Assembly: GCF_006345805.1 (NCBI RefSeq)
Contig: NC_043004.1
Span: 48,856,001-48,920,000, forward strand
DNA from: Octopus sinensis
Taxonomy: Eukaryota
Direction of reading: 5' to 3'
DNA: 64,000 nucleotides
The notes under the pieces are model-generated. The model searched no databases and was not told where the DNA came from. It saw nothing but the letters and a program-made list of their open reading frames with translations. Of this stretch, positions 38,936-51,663 are shown one piece after another (position 1 is the first letter of the stretch; each line of letters begins with the position of its first letter). The position numbers were made by a program, and so were the translations under genes.

Positions 38936-39892
38936 TAGGCACAGGAGTGGCTGTGTGGTAAGTAGCTTGCAAACCAACCACATGGTTCCAGGTTCAATCC
39001 CACTACGTGGCATCTTGGGCAAGTGTCTTCTGCTATAGCCCTGGGCCGACCAATGCCTTGTGAGTGGATTTGGTAGACGGAAACTGAAAGAAGCCTGTCG
39101 TATATATGTATATATACATGCGTGTGTGTGTTTATGTGTCTGTGTTTGTCCCCCTAGCATTGCTTGACAACCGATGCTGGTGTGTTTACGTCCCCGTCAC
39201 TTAGCAGTTCGGCAAAAGAGACCGATAGAATAATTACTGGGCTTACAAAGAATAAGTCCCGGGGTCGATTTGCTCGACTAAAAGGCGGTGCTCCAGCATG
39301 GCCGCAGTCAAATGACTGAAACAAGTAAAAGGGTCGTGATTTGAAGCATTGTTCTTCAAATAGTGTAGAATAAATAAACAGTGTGGCTGTGTAGTAAGAA
39401 GCTTGCTTACCAACCACATGGTTCCAGGTTCAGTCCCACTGCATAGCACCTTGGACAAGTGCCTTCTACTATAACCTTGAGTTGACGAAAGCCTTGTGAA
39501 TAGATTTGGTTGACAGAAACTGAAAGAAGCCTGTTGTATGTATGTACAGGAGTGGCTGTGTGGTAAGTAGCTTGCTTACGAACCACATGGTCCTGGGTTC
39601 GGTCCCACTGCGTGGCACCTTGGGCAAGTGTCTTCTATATGTGTGTGTGTGTGTGTGTTTATGTGTGTGTATTTGTTTGTGTGTCTGTATTTGTCCCCCC
39701 AACATCACTTGACAACCGATGCTGGTGTGTTAACGTCCCCGTAACTTAGTGGTTCGGCAAAAGACATCGATAGAATAAATACTAGGCTTACAAAGAATAA
39801 GTCCTGGGGTCAATTTGCTCGACTAAAGGCGGTGCTCCAGCATGGCCAGTCAAATGACTGAAACAAAAAAAGAGTAAAGAGTAAAAGATATA

Positions 39893-39928
<36 letters not shown>

Positions 39929-40160
39929 TGTATGTATATCTCTATGTGTGTGTATCTTTGTTTGTCCCCACCTATCACTGCTTGACAACCAGTGTTGGTG
40001 TGTTTACATCCCCATAACTTAGCAATTTGGCAAAAGAGACTGATAGGTTAAGTACCAGGATTAAGAAATAAATCCTGGGGTTGATTTGTTTGACTAAAAG
40101 ACTTTTCAAGGCAGTGCTACAGCATGGTAACAGTCAAATAACTAAAACAAGTAAAAGAAC
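38936..40160 (+). mobile_element. Cluster of family 1 SINEs (one full copy, one double-headed composite, 3' halves)
   Basis: Heads near 38936, 39381 and 39548; tails near 39330, 39890 and 40160. Confidence 0.8.
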
Positions 40161-40883
40161 ACGCGCGCACACACACACACACACACACGCACGCACGCAC
40201 ACACAGACAGACAGACAGACACACACACACACACACACACACGCATATACGCACACACAGACACACAGACACACACACACACACACACACACAGGTCACA
40301 TAAGGTTGCTGCCTTTATTTTTACTCTGCTTCACATGCTGTAGTGGTTGACATTTCTAGCTGAACTCCACCCTAACTTTCACTCAGTCGAGTGGTTACAT
40401 TGTTTCAATGTCAAAGTGAATTCTACTTCCCTCTGCTTAGCACCAGACATAGCAGTATGTAACCTAAATTTGTCTCTACTTAACCAGTTTTAACTAACTT
40501 TCTCCAGTTGCCTCTATAACTTTTGTCTACATTCCACATCTCAAAATACCAGCCTTTCTCGAACCCTCCTTCCACTAAATCTCTTACTAATTCTTCATGG
40601 AACTTGTTGCTATATTTTTTAGACATTATCAATGTTGAGAAGGAGGAAGCTAGATGTGTCTAGTCAATGTAACTGTATACCACACACCCAACACTACAGC
40701 TCTATGTCACAGTTTTTGACTCCACCAGCAATGACTAGAGCCCAGACATATCCTATATTCTAGATATCTGGATTGGTCATATGATGATGATGATGATGAT
40801 GATGTTAGTGATTAACTATGAGGTGATGATGATCGGTTATGGTGATGGTGAACATGGTAGTGACTATATTGATAAAATTTGGT

Positions 40884-41282
40884 TAGGTGCAGGAGTGGCT
40901 GTGTGATAAGTAGCTTGCTTACCAACCACATGGTTCCGGGTTCATTCCCACTGTGTGGCACCTTGGGCAAGTTTCTTCTACTATAGCCTCAGGCCGACCA
41001 AAGCCTTGAGAGTGGATTTGATAGACAGAAACTGAAAGAAGCCTGTTGTATATATGTATATATATATATGTGTGTGTGTGTTTGTGTGTCTGTGTTTGTC
41101 CCCCCCCAACATTGCTTGACAACCGATGCTGGTGTGTTTACGTCCCCGTAACTTAGTGGTCCGGTAAGAGTGACCGATAGAATAAGTACTAGGCTTACAA
41201 AGAATAAGTCCTGGGGTCGATTTGCTTGACTAAAGGCGGTGCTCCAGCATGGCCACAGTCAAATGACTGAAACAAGTAAAAG
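40884..41282 (+). mobile_element. tRNA-derived SINE, family 1
   Basis: Full-length copy. Confidence 0.85.
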
Positions 41283-42232
41283 GGTCGTGATTTGAAGCAT
41301 TGTTCTATCTTCCTGTCTCCCAAATTATGATATTAAACCACCCTTTTTGTGTCCAGTAATTCTTATGATACCCAACAGTGGATATGTCATAATCTTTGGC
41401 CTTGGACTAAACAGCAATGATACCCCATTCTGAATATAGCTTCTGAAGAAGCTTCTTTGTGGTTGCTTCTCCTGCTAGAAATAACAGACAAATCCTGCTC
41501 AAATCACATCTTATAGTCTCTATAAAAAACTGCTGGATTAGAACTTGCATGGAGCTAAATAATAACAGTAACAATTCTTTCTTTATATCATATTTTTTTT
41601 TACTTAGTGCTACATGTATTATATATATAACACAAAAATTGCATGGTTTAGTGGTTAGGATATTTGACTCGCAATTGTTAGGTCGTGAGTTCAATCCCCT
41701 TTGACGCATTTCAAAAAGTCAGCCTTGTCACATTCTGTGTCATGCTGAACCTCCTTGCAAACTGTTAAGGGTATACATGTTTGTGGAGTGCTCAGCCACT
41801 TGCATGTTGATTTCATGAGCCGGCTGTTCTGGTGATCAGATCAAATGGAACCCTCACCATCACAACTGACAAAGTGCCAATAGCTACTTGTATCTTATAT
41901 AATACATAGTGTTCTGTGTACTATGTATATATATATTTCTTTGTTGCTCACAGGGGGGCTAAACATAGAGGGGACAAACAAGGACAGACAAAGGGATTAA
42001 GTCGATTACATTGACCCCAGTGCACAACTGGTACTTATTTTATCAACCCCAAAAGGATGAAAGGCAAAGTTGATCTCAATGGAATTTGAACTCAGAAAGT
42101 AACGGCAGACGAAATGCCAGTGCACATTTTGCCCAGTGTGCTAAACGATTCGGCCAGCTTGCCACCCTGTATATATATATATATTAGCCACTACACACAT
42201 TTTTTTCTCTCCTTGTTTTTTTTTTCTGTGTA

Positions 42233-42270
42233 CCTTTCTGTAGAAGAGCATAGGCTCGAAACGTAAATGA
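42233..42270 (+). ncRNA. Minimal hammerhead-like motif, CUGUAGA variant
   Basis: ccttt CTGTAGA a gagc-atag-gctc GAAA cg TA aatg; stem III reduced to the palindrome ACGT. Confidence 0.5.
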
Positions 42271-42840
42271 CTTTTTCTATTCCTGAGCATTATACTAATA
42301 TTTCTGTTTGTTTTGTACACCACCTGTCTTTGTCTTTTGTTTTTTTCGTAAACTTTCCCTATATATATATTGTTGTATTTAGGAATGGTCATTTTTGCCA
42401 GTTTAGCTCATCATCATCATCATCATCATCATTTAGTGTCTGCTTTCCATTCTGGCATGGGTTAAATGGTTTGACTGAAACTGGTAATCTGGAGAGCTGC
42501 ACCAGGTTCCAATCTGATTTAGCATGTTTCTACAGCTGGATGCCTTTCCTAACGCCAGCCACTCCAAGAGTGTAACGGGTGCTTTTTATGTGCCACTGGC
42601 ACAGGTGCCAGTTACCTGACACCATCATCAGTCACAGCTATGCTTTTACTTGGCTTAACAAGTCTTCTCAAGCCCAGCCTATCACCAAAGGTCTCGGTCA
42701 CTTATCATGAATTTTAGGTAATGACCGAAAGAGTAAAGAGTAAATACAAGTGGCCAAAATGAGATTCCTCAGAAGTATCTCTGGAGTAATTCTACTTGAC
42801 AGGGTTGAGCCATTACTTTTCTGGTCACAGCTGTGGTACT

Positions 42841-43212
42841 ACTCTTACTCTTTTACTTGTTTCAGTCATTTGACTGTGGCCATGCTGGAGCATCGCCTTT
42901 AGTCGAGCAAATCAACTCCAGAACTTATTCTTTGTAAGCCTATCGGTCTCTATTGACGAACCGCTATGTTACGGGGACGTAAACACACCACCATTGGTTG
43001 TCAAGCGATGTTGGTGGGGGGACAAACACAAACACACAAATGTATACACACACACAGATACATATATACGATGGGCTTCTTTCAGTTTCCGTCTACCAAA
43101 TCCACTCACAAGACTTTGGTTGGCCTGAGGCTATAGTAGAAGACACTTGCCCAAGGTACCATACAGTGGGACTGAACCTGGAACCATGTAGTTCGTAAGC
43201 AAGCTACTTAGC
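42841..43212 (-). mobile_element. tRNA-derived SINE, family 1
   Basis: Interrupts gtggtact|atggac, which is contiguous in the duplicate at ~44581-44594. Confidence 0.85.
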
Positions 43213-43893
43213 ACACTATGGACATCAATATCATCATCATTATTTAGCATCCATTTTCTATGTTAGCATGGGTAAGACAGTTAGAGTGAGGCTGTAAGCT
43301 GGAGTGCTGCACTGGGCTCTGGTCTGTTTTGACTTGGTCTCTATGGCAGGATCCTAATGCCTGAATCACAAAGCAGATTCTGCAAGCCAAGTCAACTGGC
43401 AGGTGACCTAAGAGTAGACCAAGAAGGAAATGGTTGGATAACATCTATAATCTCAGCTGTTCAAGTTTAGGGAATCCAGAAGGGAAAGTGTAATGATGCT
43501 TATGACCTTATGGAGTGGATACTTGAGGACTCTACCCTCACAAACCTCCCAGGAATAGCAAGTGGAGAAAATGGATGGATATATGTTACATGTATCTTGT
43601 ACAGGTACATAAAGAATAAAGTTCCCTCTTGAATCATATTGACTCATAGATTCTCTGGTTAAGTCGATTACATTGACCCCAGTGCACAACTGGTACTTAT
43701 TTTATCAACCCCAAAAGGATGAAAGGCAAAGTTGATCTCAATGGAATTTGAACTCAGAAAGTAACGGCATACGAAATGCCACTGCACATTTTGCCCAGTG
43801 TGCTAAACAATTCTGCCAGCTTGCCACCCTGTATATATATAATTATTAGCCACTACACACATTTTTTTTCTCTCCTTGTTTTTCTTTTTCTGT

Positions 43894-43935
43894 GTCCCTT
43901 TCTGTAGAAGAGCGTAGGCTCGAAACGTAAATGAC
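43894..43935 (+). ncRNA. Minimal hammerhead-like motif, CUGUAGA variant (duplicate)
   Basis: gtcccttt CTGTAGA a gagc-gtag-gctc GAAA cg TA aatgac. Confidence 0.5.
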
Positions 43936-44020
43936 TTTTTCTATTCCTGAGCGTTATACTAATATTTCTGTTTGTTTTGTACACCACCTGTCTTTGTCTT
44001 TTGTTTTTTTCGTAAACTTT

Positions 44021-44073
<53 letters not shown>

Positions 44074-45473
44074 ATATATATATTGTTGTATTTAGGAATG
44101 GTCATTTTTGCCAGTTTAGCTCATCATCATCATCATCATCATCATTTAGTGTCTGCTTTCCATTCTGGCATGGGTTAAATGGTTTGACTGAAACTGGTAA
44201 TCTGGAGAGCTGCACCAGGTTCCAATCTGATTTAGCATGTTTCTACAGCTGGATGCCTTTCCTAACGCCAGCCACTCCAAGAGTGTAACGGGTGCTTTTT
44301 ACGTGCCACTGGCACAGGTGCCAGTTACCTGACACCAACATCAGTCACAGCTATGCTTTTACTTGGCTTGACGAGTCTTCTCAAGCCCAGCCTTTCACCA
44401 AAGGTCTCGGTCACTTGTCATGAATTTTAGGTATTGACCAGAAGAGTGCAATCGCAAATACAAGTGGCCAAAATGAGATTCCTCAGAAGTATCTCTGGAG
44501 TAATTCTACTTGACAGGGTTCGTAGCTTAGATATCAGAGAGTCTCTCCAGGTTGAGTCATTACTTTTCTGGTCACAGCTGTGGTACTATGGACATCATCA
44601 TCATCATCATTTAGCATCCATTTTCTATGTTAGCATGGGTAAGACAGTTAGAGTGAGGCTGTAAGCTGGAGTGCTGCACTGGGCTCTGGTCTGTTTTGAC
44701 TTGGTCTCTATGGCAGGATCCTAATGCCTGAATCACAAAGCAGATTCTGCAAACCAAGTCAACTGGCAGGTGACCTAAGAGTAGACCAAGAAGGAAATAG
44801 TTGGATGGATAACATCTATAATCTCAGCTGTTCAAGTTTAGGGAATCCAGCTGGAAAGTGTAATGATGCTTATGACCTTATGGAGTGGATACTTGAGGAC
44901 TCTACCCTCACAAACCTCTCAGGAATAGCAAGTGGAGAAACTGGATGAATATATGTTACATGTATAGAATAAAGTTCCCTCTTGAATCATATTGACTCAT
45001 AGGGTGACTCATAATTCTCTGGTGTATATACTCTCCCCTGGACAGGACACCAGTCTGTTGCAGGAATGCTCATTTTTACCAGCTGGGGTAACAGGAAAGG
45101 AAGTGTTTTGCTCAAGAACACAATGCATTGCATGGTGCAGTAATCTTGCAATCATGAGCACAGCATTGTAGCGACTAAACCATGTGCTTCCACATACATA
45201 AAGTTCCATATATATATCAACATTATATAACCTGCACCTTGAATAACATAGTGCTCCATGTACCTTGTGTAGCATTAAATGTTCCATCTACTATGCATAT
45301 AGGTGCAGGTGTGGCTGTTTGGTAAGAAGCTTGCTTCCCAACCACATGGTTTCAAGTTCAGCCCCACTGTGTGACACCTTGAACATGTGTCTTCTATTAT
45401 AGCCTCAGGCTGACCAAAACCTTGTGAGTGGATTTGGTAGACGGAAACTGAAAAAAGCCTGTTGTGTATATAT

Positions 45474-45888
45474 ACTCTTTTACTCTTTTACTTGTCTCAG
45501 TCATTTTGACTGTGGCCATGCTGGAGCACCGCCTTTAGTCGAGCAACTCGACCCCGGGACTTATTCTTTTTGTAAGCCCAGTACTTATTCTATCGGTCTC
45601 TTTTTGCCGAACCGCTAAGTGACAGGGACGTAAACACACCAGCATTGGTTGTCAAGCAATGCTAGGGGAACAAACACAGACACACAAACACACACACACA
45701 TATATATATATATACATATATACAACTGGCTTCTTTCAGTTTCCGTCTACCAAATCCACTCACAAGGCATTGGTCGGCCCAGGGCTATAGCAGAAGACAC
45801 TTGCCCAAGATGCCACGCAGTGGGACTGAACCCGGAACCATGTGGTTGGTTAGCAAGCTACTTACCACACAGCCACTCCTGTGCCTAT
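45474..45888 (-). mobile_element. tRNA-derived SINE, family 1
   Basis: Full-length reverse copy. Confidence 0.85.
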
Positions 45889-46060
45889 ATATATATGTAT
45901 ATATACAATACAGAATCACAGGAGTGTGGGCAGTCCCCTGATATAGCAAGTGTATAGAGCAGTCATGGGCAAATTATGGCCCATGGGTTACTGCTGGTCT
46001 TTCTGAATAGCACATCTAAATGAAAAATAACCTTGAATATTTTTAGTTGTAGGGTCCACT

Positions 46061-46286
46061 TTATGATGAACCATGTTTCATGGGGCTTGTTGGTGTAGAA
46101 TGACAGGAGTGTGGGCAGTCCTTTTGATATAGCAACTGTTTTATAGTGTCTAACTGTAATTTCAAATCCACCTTTAGAAAATTGTCCCCCGGGGACATTA
46201 CAATGTCTCTCATGATGCATGAAGGATGGGCTGCTGACGGGAAGCAACTCCTACAACTGCTGCCATTTCTTTTGAGGAGACTGCAC
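46061..46286 (-). CDS. Candidate exon, unknown protein
   Basis: cattttttag acceptor, then 75 codons to TAA: CSLLKRNGSSCRSCFPSAAHPSCIMRDIVMSPGDNFLKVDLKLQLDTIKQLLYQKDCPHSCHSTPTSPMKHGSS*; unique sequence; possible internal donor AAG|gtggat. Confidence 0.45.
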
Positions 46287-47823
46287 CTAAAAAATGTACT
46301 TCTAGTGGTCTCACATAGCTACTGTGCCACCACTACCACTACCTGCACCATTCTGATTCATACCATGATTGCTGTTACTACTACTACTACTGCTGCCGCT
46401 GCTATTACCACTGCCATCATCAGCAACTGTAGCTGAGTGCACAACAAGGCAGATTGTAAGTGGTTGCTCGACTCGCTAGAAACAGCAGGCAAAACCTTAT
46501 TCCAAATCATATATTATCTTATGTGTCCTTAAAGGAAGACACATTAGATAATGTAGTCTTACTCTTAGAAAGACAAGTTGGTCATGGGTAGAGTGGCTTT
46601 GATTTATAGATTTGTTCCATCAGAAGCTAAATAACAAGTCTAGTCTACCTCTTCTCTATGCCCCCACATCACCATTCTTTAGTTCTGTTTTTCTCTATGT
46701 GTTATGTATGTATAGTGCTGTTGTTGTTGTTGTTGTTTAATCCCAGGTCACCCCCCCCCCTGATTATGTTGACCTGCGATTAGAGGTATTCCAATTGGAC
46801 CATCCTGGTGCTTTATATACAGGAGCTTACCTAGTATAGTGTCCTTCTTTTTTTAATTTGGTAAGATGTATTTAAAGGAATTGGCTGTTATTTCTAGCAG
46901 GTTGACTGGCACTACCATGTACATAGTCTTAACAGGATGTATGTGTTTTTGTATGTGTAGTAAATGCATGTCACATGCTGTGTGTGCGCTACATGGAGTG
47001 CAGTGGTGTGTGTAATAATGTATTGTGTTGTGTGTGTGTGTGTGTGTGGTGTGTGTGTGCCTGATGTATTTGATGATGAATGTACATGTAGTGTGAATGT
47101 AGTGTGTGTGATGAATCTGTTATACATACATGTGGGTGTTTGTGGTATATGTAGTAAATGCATGACACCTGCAGTGTGTGCTACATGGGAAGCAGCAGTG
47201 CATGTAATAATGTGTGTGGGGGGATGCCTTATGCATGCAATGATGCATGTAAATATAGTGTGAATGTGGTATATATGATGTATATGCCATGCAGCCATGT
47301 TGCATGTGAGTGTGTGTATGTGGTGCATAATTCTGTGACTGTATTCTGAATAGACACCACTGGTTCCACATGGCTGCAGGTGTGTGTGTGTGTGTGGTGT
47401 GTGTGTGTGTGTGAGCATGTGTGTCTGCGTATATGCAGCTATATCCAATGTGTTTACACACTCTGTGTTGTGTATGCTTGTGTGTGTGTGTGCGTGCATG
47501 TGTGTATGTATGTGTGTGACTGTAACTTGTGTGTGTGTGTGCACTATGCATGAGAGAGAAAGAAGTTAGTCATCTCAGTTCCCCCCACCCCACCCCCCTG
47601 GCATCTCTCGTTCACCATCCACAGCTCTTCATGCTGTTCGATACTGATTGGAGAAGAGTGTGAGTGTGTATTTGTTTCTAGTCAGTAAGTTACACTTGCT
47701 TCTTCTAGTTCCCACTCCACTCCAGTGAGGTCACCTTACTTCCTTCTATTTTCTGTCTGTCTACTTGTGCATGTGTGTTTGTGTGTGTGTAAATGAGTGT
47801 GTAAGTGAGTGAGTGAGTGAACA

Positions 47824-47854
<31 letters not shown>

Positions 47855-48659
47855 AATCATGTGTTAGAAAAGGATTATGGAGGAAGAGAAAAAAATGTGT
47901 TTGTATATATATGCGTTAGTTAATACATAATATGTATATGTAATGTGTGTATGAAATAGGCTCCAGTTCATTCACATGGCATGGTACATTGGGCAGTGTC
48001 CGTGAAGTATATATATATATGAATGTGTGTGTGTGTGTGTGCATGCATGTATGTTCCAATGGTCACTCCTTCATTGCCTCCAGTTGTTTAATACTTTCCT
48101 CCTTTGCTCTTAGCCACATCCCATTCTTAAGACCCTCTCAAACCTTCCACCAAATGTTGCCCACCACCTTTGTTTGCCTCTTTCTATATCCACACTTACG
48201 TACCTCTGATCTCCATCTCTGTCACTGCACCTCCTTCTCTCTCTCTCTCTCTCTCTTTCTCTCCACACCTCTCATTTACTCACTGTTCTCTATACATCAT
48301 CTCCCTATTTCTCACAGCTTTATTGAACTGCTGTTCATCCCCTTTTCTCTACTACCACTTACCACCTTCTCCTTCCTGGGCCATTTCTATATTGTGTCAC
48401 TTTCCCTCAAACTGGTATTTACTATTGACCATGTTTCCACTCTTGTTCACCATTTGCTACATTCCTCTCTTCCTCCATCTCTAAATGTTATGAATCTTCC
48501 ATGAAAAAATATGTCCAGCCAAAACGAAATATTATCTTACATAGAGACAGGTGAGGATTGATGACAAGAAGAGTGTCTGACTGTAAAAAATCTGTCTTTT
48601 CATATTCCATTTGACTCATGGCAAGTATGGAAAAGTGAATGTTAAAATGATCATGAATA

Positions 48660-48694
<35 letters not shown>

Positions 48695-48741
48695 TCATAT
48701 ATGTAATAAGCAGAATGCAGGTGTGGTATTCAAAGGTTTAT

Positions 48742-48834
48742 AGGACATACACGTGTTTCAACAAAATGCTGAAATAATTACATAACACTAGTAAAAACAT
48801 TATGCAGTCAATCATTTTCTTTCATCAGTGTCCT
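48742..48834 (-). ncRNA. Type I hammerhead ribozyme, intact core, long stem II
   Basis: Minus: aggaca CTGATGA aagaaaatg...cattttgtt GAAA cacgtg TA tgtcct; 6-bp stem I, palindromic stem III ACACGTGT, GUA site. Confidence 0.8.
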
Positions 48835-48870
48835 GCTGTATGTATGTATGTATGTATGTATGCATAGAGG

Positions 48871-48950
48871 CACGCTCACACGCATGCATGCTCACACGCA
48901 TGCACGCTCACACGCATGCACGCTCACACGCATGCATGCTCACACGCATG
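48871..48950. repeat. 16-bp tandem repeat x5 (caYgctcacacgcatg)
   Basis: Directly visible. Confidence 0.9.
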
Positions 48951-49532
48951 CATGCAATGCTTACATAGTGGAGGACCCAATTTAACCATTAAAAAACATG
49001 CAAAAACTACTATATTCCTTTATTGTTTATTTCTTGTGTCAAAATCTTGATAACACTTTGACAATCTATTACTGACGAGGTTTTCTAGATCTCACATGGC
49101 TTTCTATCATTTCGTTTGTTTCTCGCCTATGTCTATCTCTACAACATACATGTCAACTGTGTAGTTGCTGTTGCTGGGATGCTGTTAGTCATTTTTAGGT
49201 TCATTTCCTCTCTTTGTATATTTATTCTGAAGTTTCATTTCACCTTTTCCTCTCTTTTGTTATTGAATGTCTGGAAATATTTGCTTTACATTTATAAAGC
49301 ATGTTTGAAATATCTGCAACTCTAGAATCTTTGTGGTTTTCGTCACTATCTCCTATTTTGTTCCAATTGCTTTCAAATTTGGTATATGGATTAAGTTTTG
49401 TATACTAATTATGAAAATGAAATTCATTTTCCCTATAAATCCATAAGTTATTAGCCATTAAAATTTCCAAAATTTGGGTATTTTAGCTAATCAGAAGTGC
49501 GTATTTTACACATCACTGTGGCGAAAAACGCT

Positions 49533-49567
49533 GTTTCCATAGTAACCAAAGATGCTGCGCATGCGCA
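49533..49567. promoter_or_regulatory. Putative promoter: RFX X-box plus NRF1 site
   Basis: gtttccatagtaac at 49533-49546; tgcgcatgcgca at 49556-49567; unique, locally CpG-containing; gtgagt donor at 49607. Confidence 0.6.
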
Positions 49568-49807
49568 GGAGGAGAAGGAGATACAAGAAAGATAATCTTC
49601 TACTGTGTGAGTATATGTGTGTATGTGTGTGCATATACAAGGGACGTATGTGACTATATGAACATTGACAAATGTAGTAATCTGACTTACCATCCATATT
49701 TATATATAAAATACTATAATTCGCTGTCATTTTTGACGGCACAGGACCAGCTACTTTATTTTATAAAATACTAGAATGTATTGCAAACTTTCGTTCCTGA
49801 ATTTTAT

Positions 49808-50180
49808 AAGTAGCTTGTTTACCAACCACATGGTTCCGGGTTCAGTCCCACTGCATGGCACCTTGGGCAAGTGTCTTCTACTATAGCCTCGGGCCGACCA
49901 AATCCTTGTGAGTGGATTTGGTAGACGGAAACTGAAAGAAGCCTGTCGTATATATGTATATATATATATGTGTGTGTGTGTGTTTGTGTGTCTGTGTTTG
50001 TCCCCCTAGCATTGCTTGACAACCAATGCTGGTGTGTTTACGTTCGCTGTCACTTAGCGGTTCGGCAAAAGAAACCGATAGAATAAGTACTGAGCTTACA
50101 AAGAATAAGTCCTGGGGTCGATTTGCTCAACTAAAGGCGGTGCTCCAGCATGGCCGCAGTCAAATGACTGAAACAAGTAT
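49808..50180 (+). mobile_element. tRNA-derived SINE, family 1
   Basis: Slightly 5'-truncated copy. Confidence 0.85.
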
Positions 50181-50219
50181 TTTTGTAAAGTAAAAGTAAC
50201 TAATAAATGCCTGTTTTAA

Positions 50220-50439
50220 CCCTTTTGTTACTGTATTTATTTTGAGATGCTCTGTGTTTCTTTGAATTACATTAAATATAACAAAGAATTTAGTAAAATA
50301 ACCTAGTTATCATTCAGCTAGTGTTAGGAGCATAAATTGTGACTAAGGTTTGGTGGAAGATTTTAATTCAAAACTTATGAAAACAAGACATTTGTACCCA
50401 GAGCCAGAGTCGGTTTCAACCGGATTGGTAACGAAAGGG
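50220..50439. mobile_element. piggyBac-like MITE
   Basis: TTAA flanks, CCCTTT...AAAGGG termini. Confidence 0.7.
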
Positions 50440-51135
50440 TTAAACAATGTTTTGACTGTTATTTCTAGCAACTCATGTTGGTTTGTTTGTTCATAGCTTT
50501 TAAATATTTGATTTGCTTGCGAATGTTTTAATGTTAACTTCATTTGTGTATATTTTAATGTTTTGACTGTTATTTCTTGCAATGTTTTGACATGCCGATG
50601 CTCCCCCACCTCTTCCCAATGATAGAAGAGTCAGTGAACGCGCTGTTTTCTGATTGGCCAAAAATTCTGGAAATGATCAAACATTGAACACCTGTAACAT
50701 TTTTGCAAAATTTTTCTGGAATAAATGAATAACAAATTTGGATTCAGCATCAAAAATTACATCTAAATATATGATACATTAAAAATTAAAAAAAAATATA
50801 ATTGTAAACAGAGACGAAAACTCACAAAGATCCCAACTCTCTTTAAATTATTACATTTTCCATATATTTTCCCACTTACAAAGTTGGCATAGCAAATAAT
50901 GTAAACATTCAAACATCATCACTATCTTTCCAAATCCTGCTGCATTTCACACGGAATTTTTGGTCTTCCAGTCTTCTTGGTGTATAAATCTACTTACCTT
51001 TTGCCTTTTGTGGCTGTAAAGTTTGACCTGAAAAATTTGACTTGTAAGCCAGAAAATATCATAGACTCTTACTAAATTAATGTATTTACTATATCATAAA
51101 ATCAAACAAATTTTAATTTAGAAACTAAATTTAGA

Positions 51136-51298
51136 AACAGGAGTGGCTGTGTGGTAAATAGCTTGTCTACCAACCACATGGTTCCGGGTTCGGTCCCACT
51201 GCATGGCACCTTGGGCAAATGTCAACTACTATAGCCTCAGGCCGACCAAAGCCTTGTGAGTGGATTTGGTAGACGGAAACTGAAAGAAGCCCGTCGTA

Positions 51299-51331
<33 letters not shown>

Positions 51332-51545
51332 GCGTGTGTGTGTTTGTGTGTCTGTGTTTGTCCCCCTAGCATTGCTTGACAACCGATGCTGGTGTGTTTA
51401 TGTCCCCGTTACTTAGCGGTTCGACAAAAGAGGCCGATAGAATAAGTACTGGGCTTACAAAAGAATAAGTCCCAGGGTCGAGTTGCTCAATTAAAGGCGG
51501 TGCTCCAGCATGGCCACAGTCAAATGACTGAAACAAGTAAAAGAG
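51136..51545 (+). mobile_element. tRNA-derived SINE, family 1
   Basis: Near full-length copy. Confidence 0.85.
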
Positions 51546-51622
51546 TATATATGCATATATTTGTTCACATCCACACATGTATATGCCCATAAGCATATAT
51601 ATATTCATATATATACAGATAC

Positions 51623-51663
<41 letters not shown>

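Larger units (their letters stand above)
41998..45021. repeat. Tandem duplication of a ~1.35-kb unit
   Basis: 41998-43657 and 43658-45021 are colinear and highly similar; copy 1 carries an extra SINE at 42841-43212. Confidence 0.9.
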
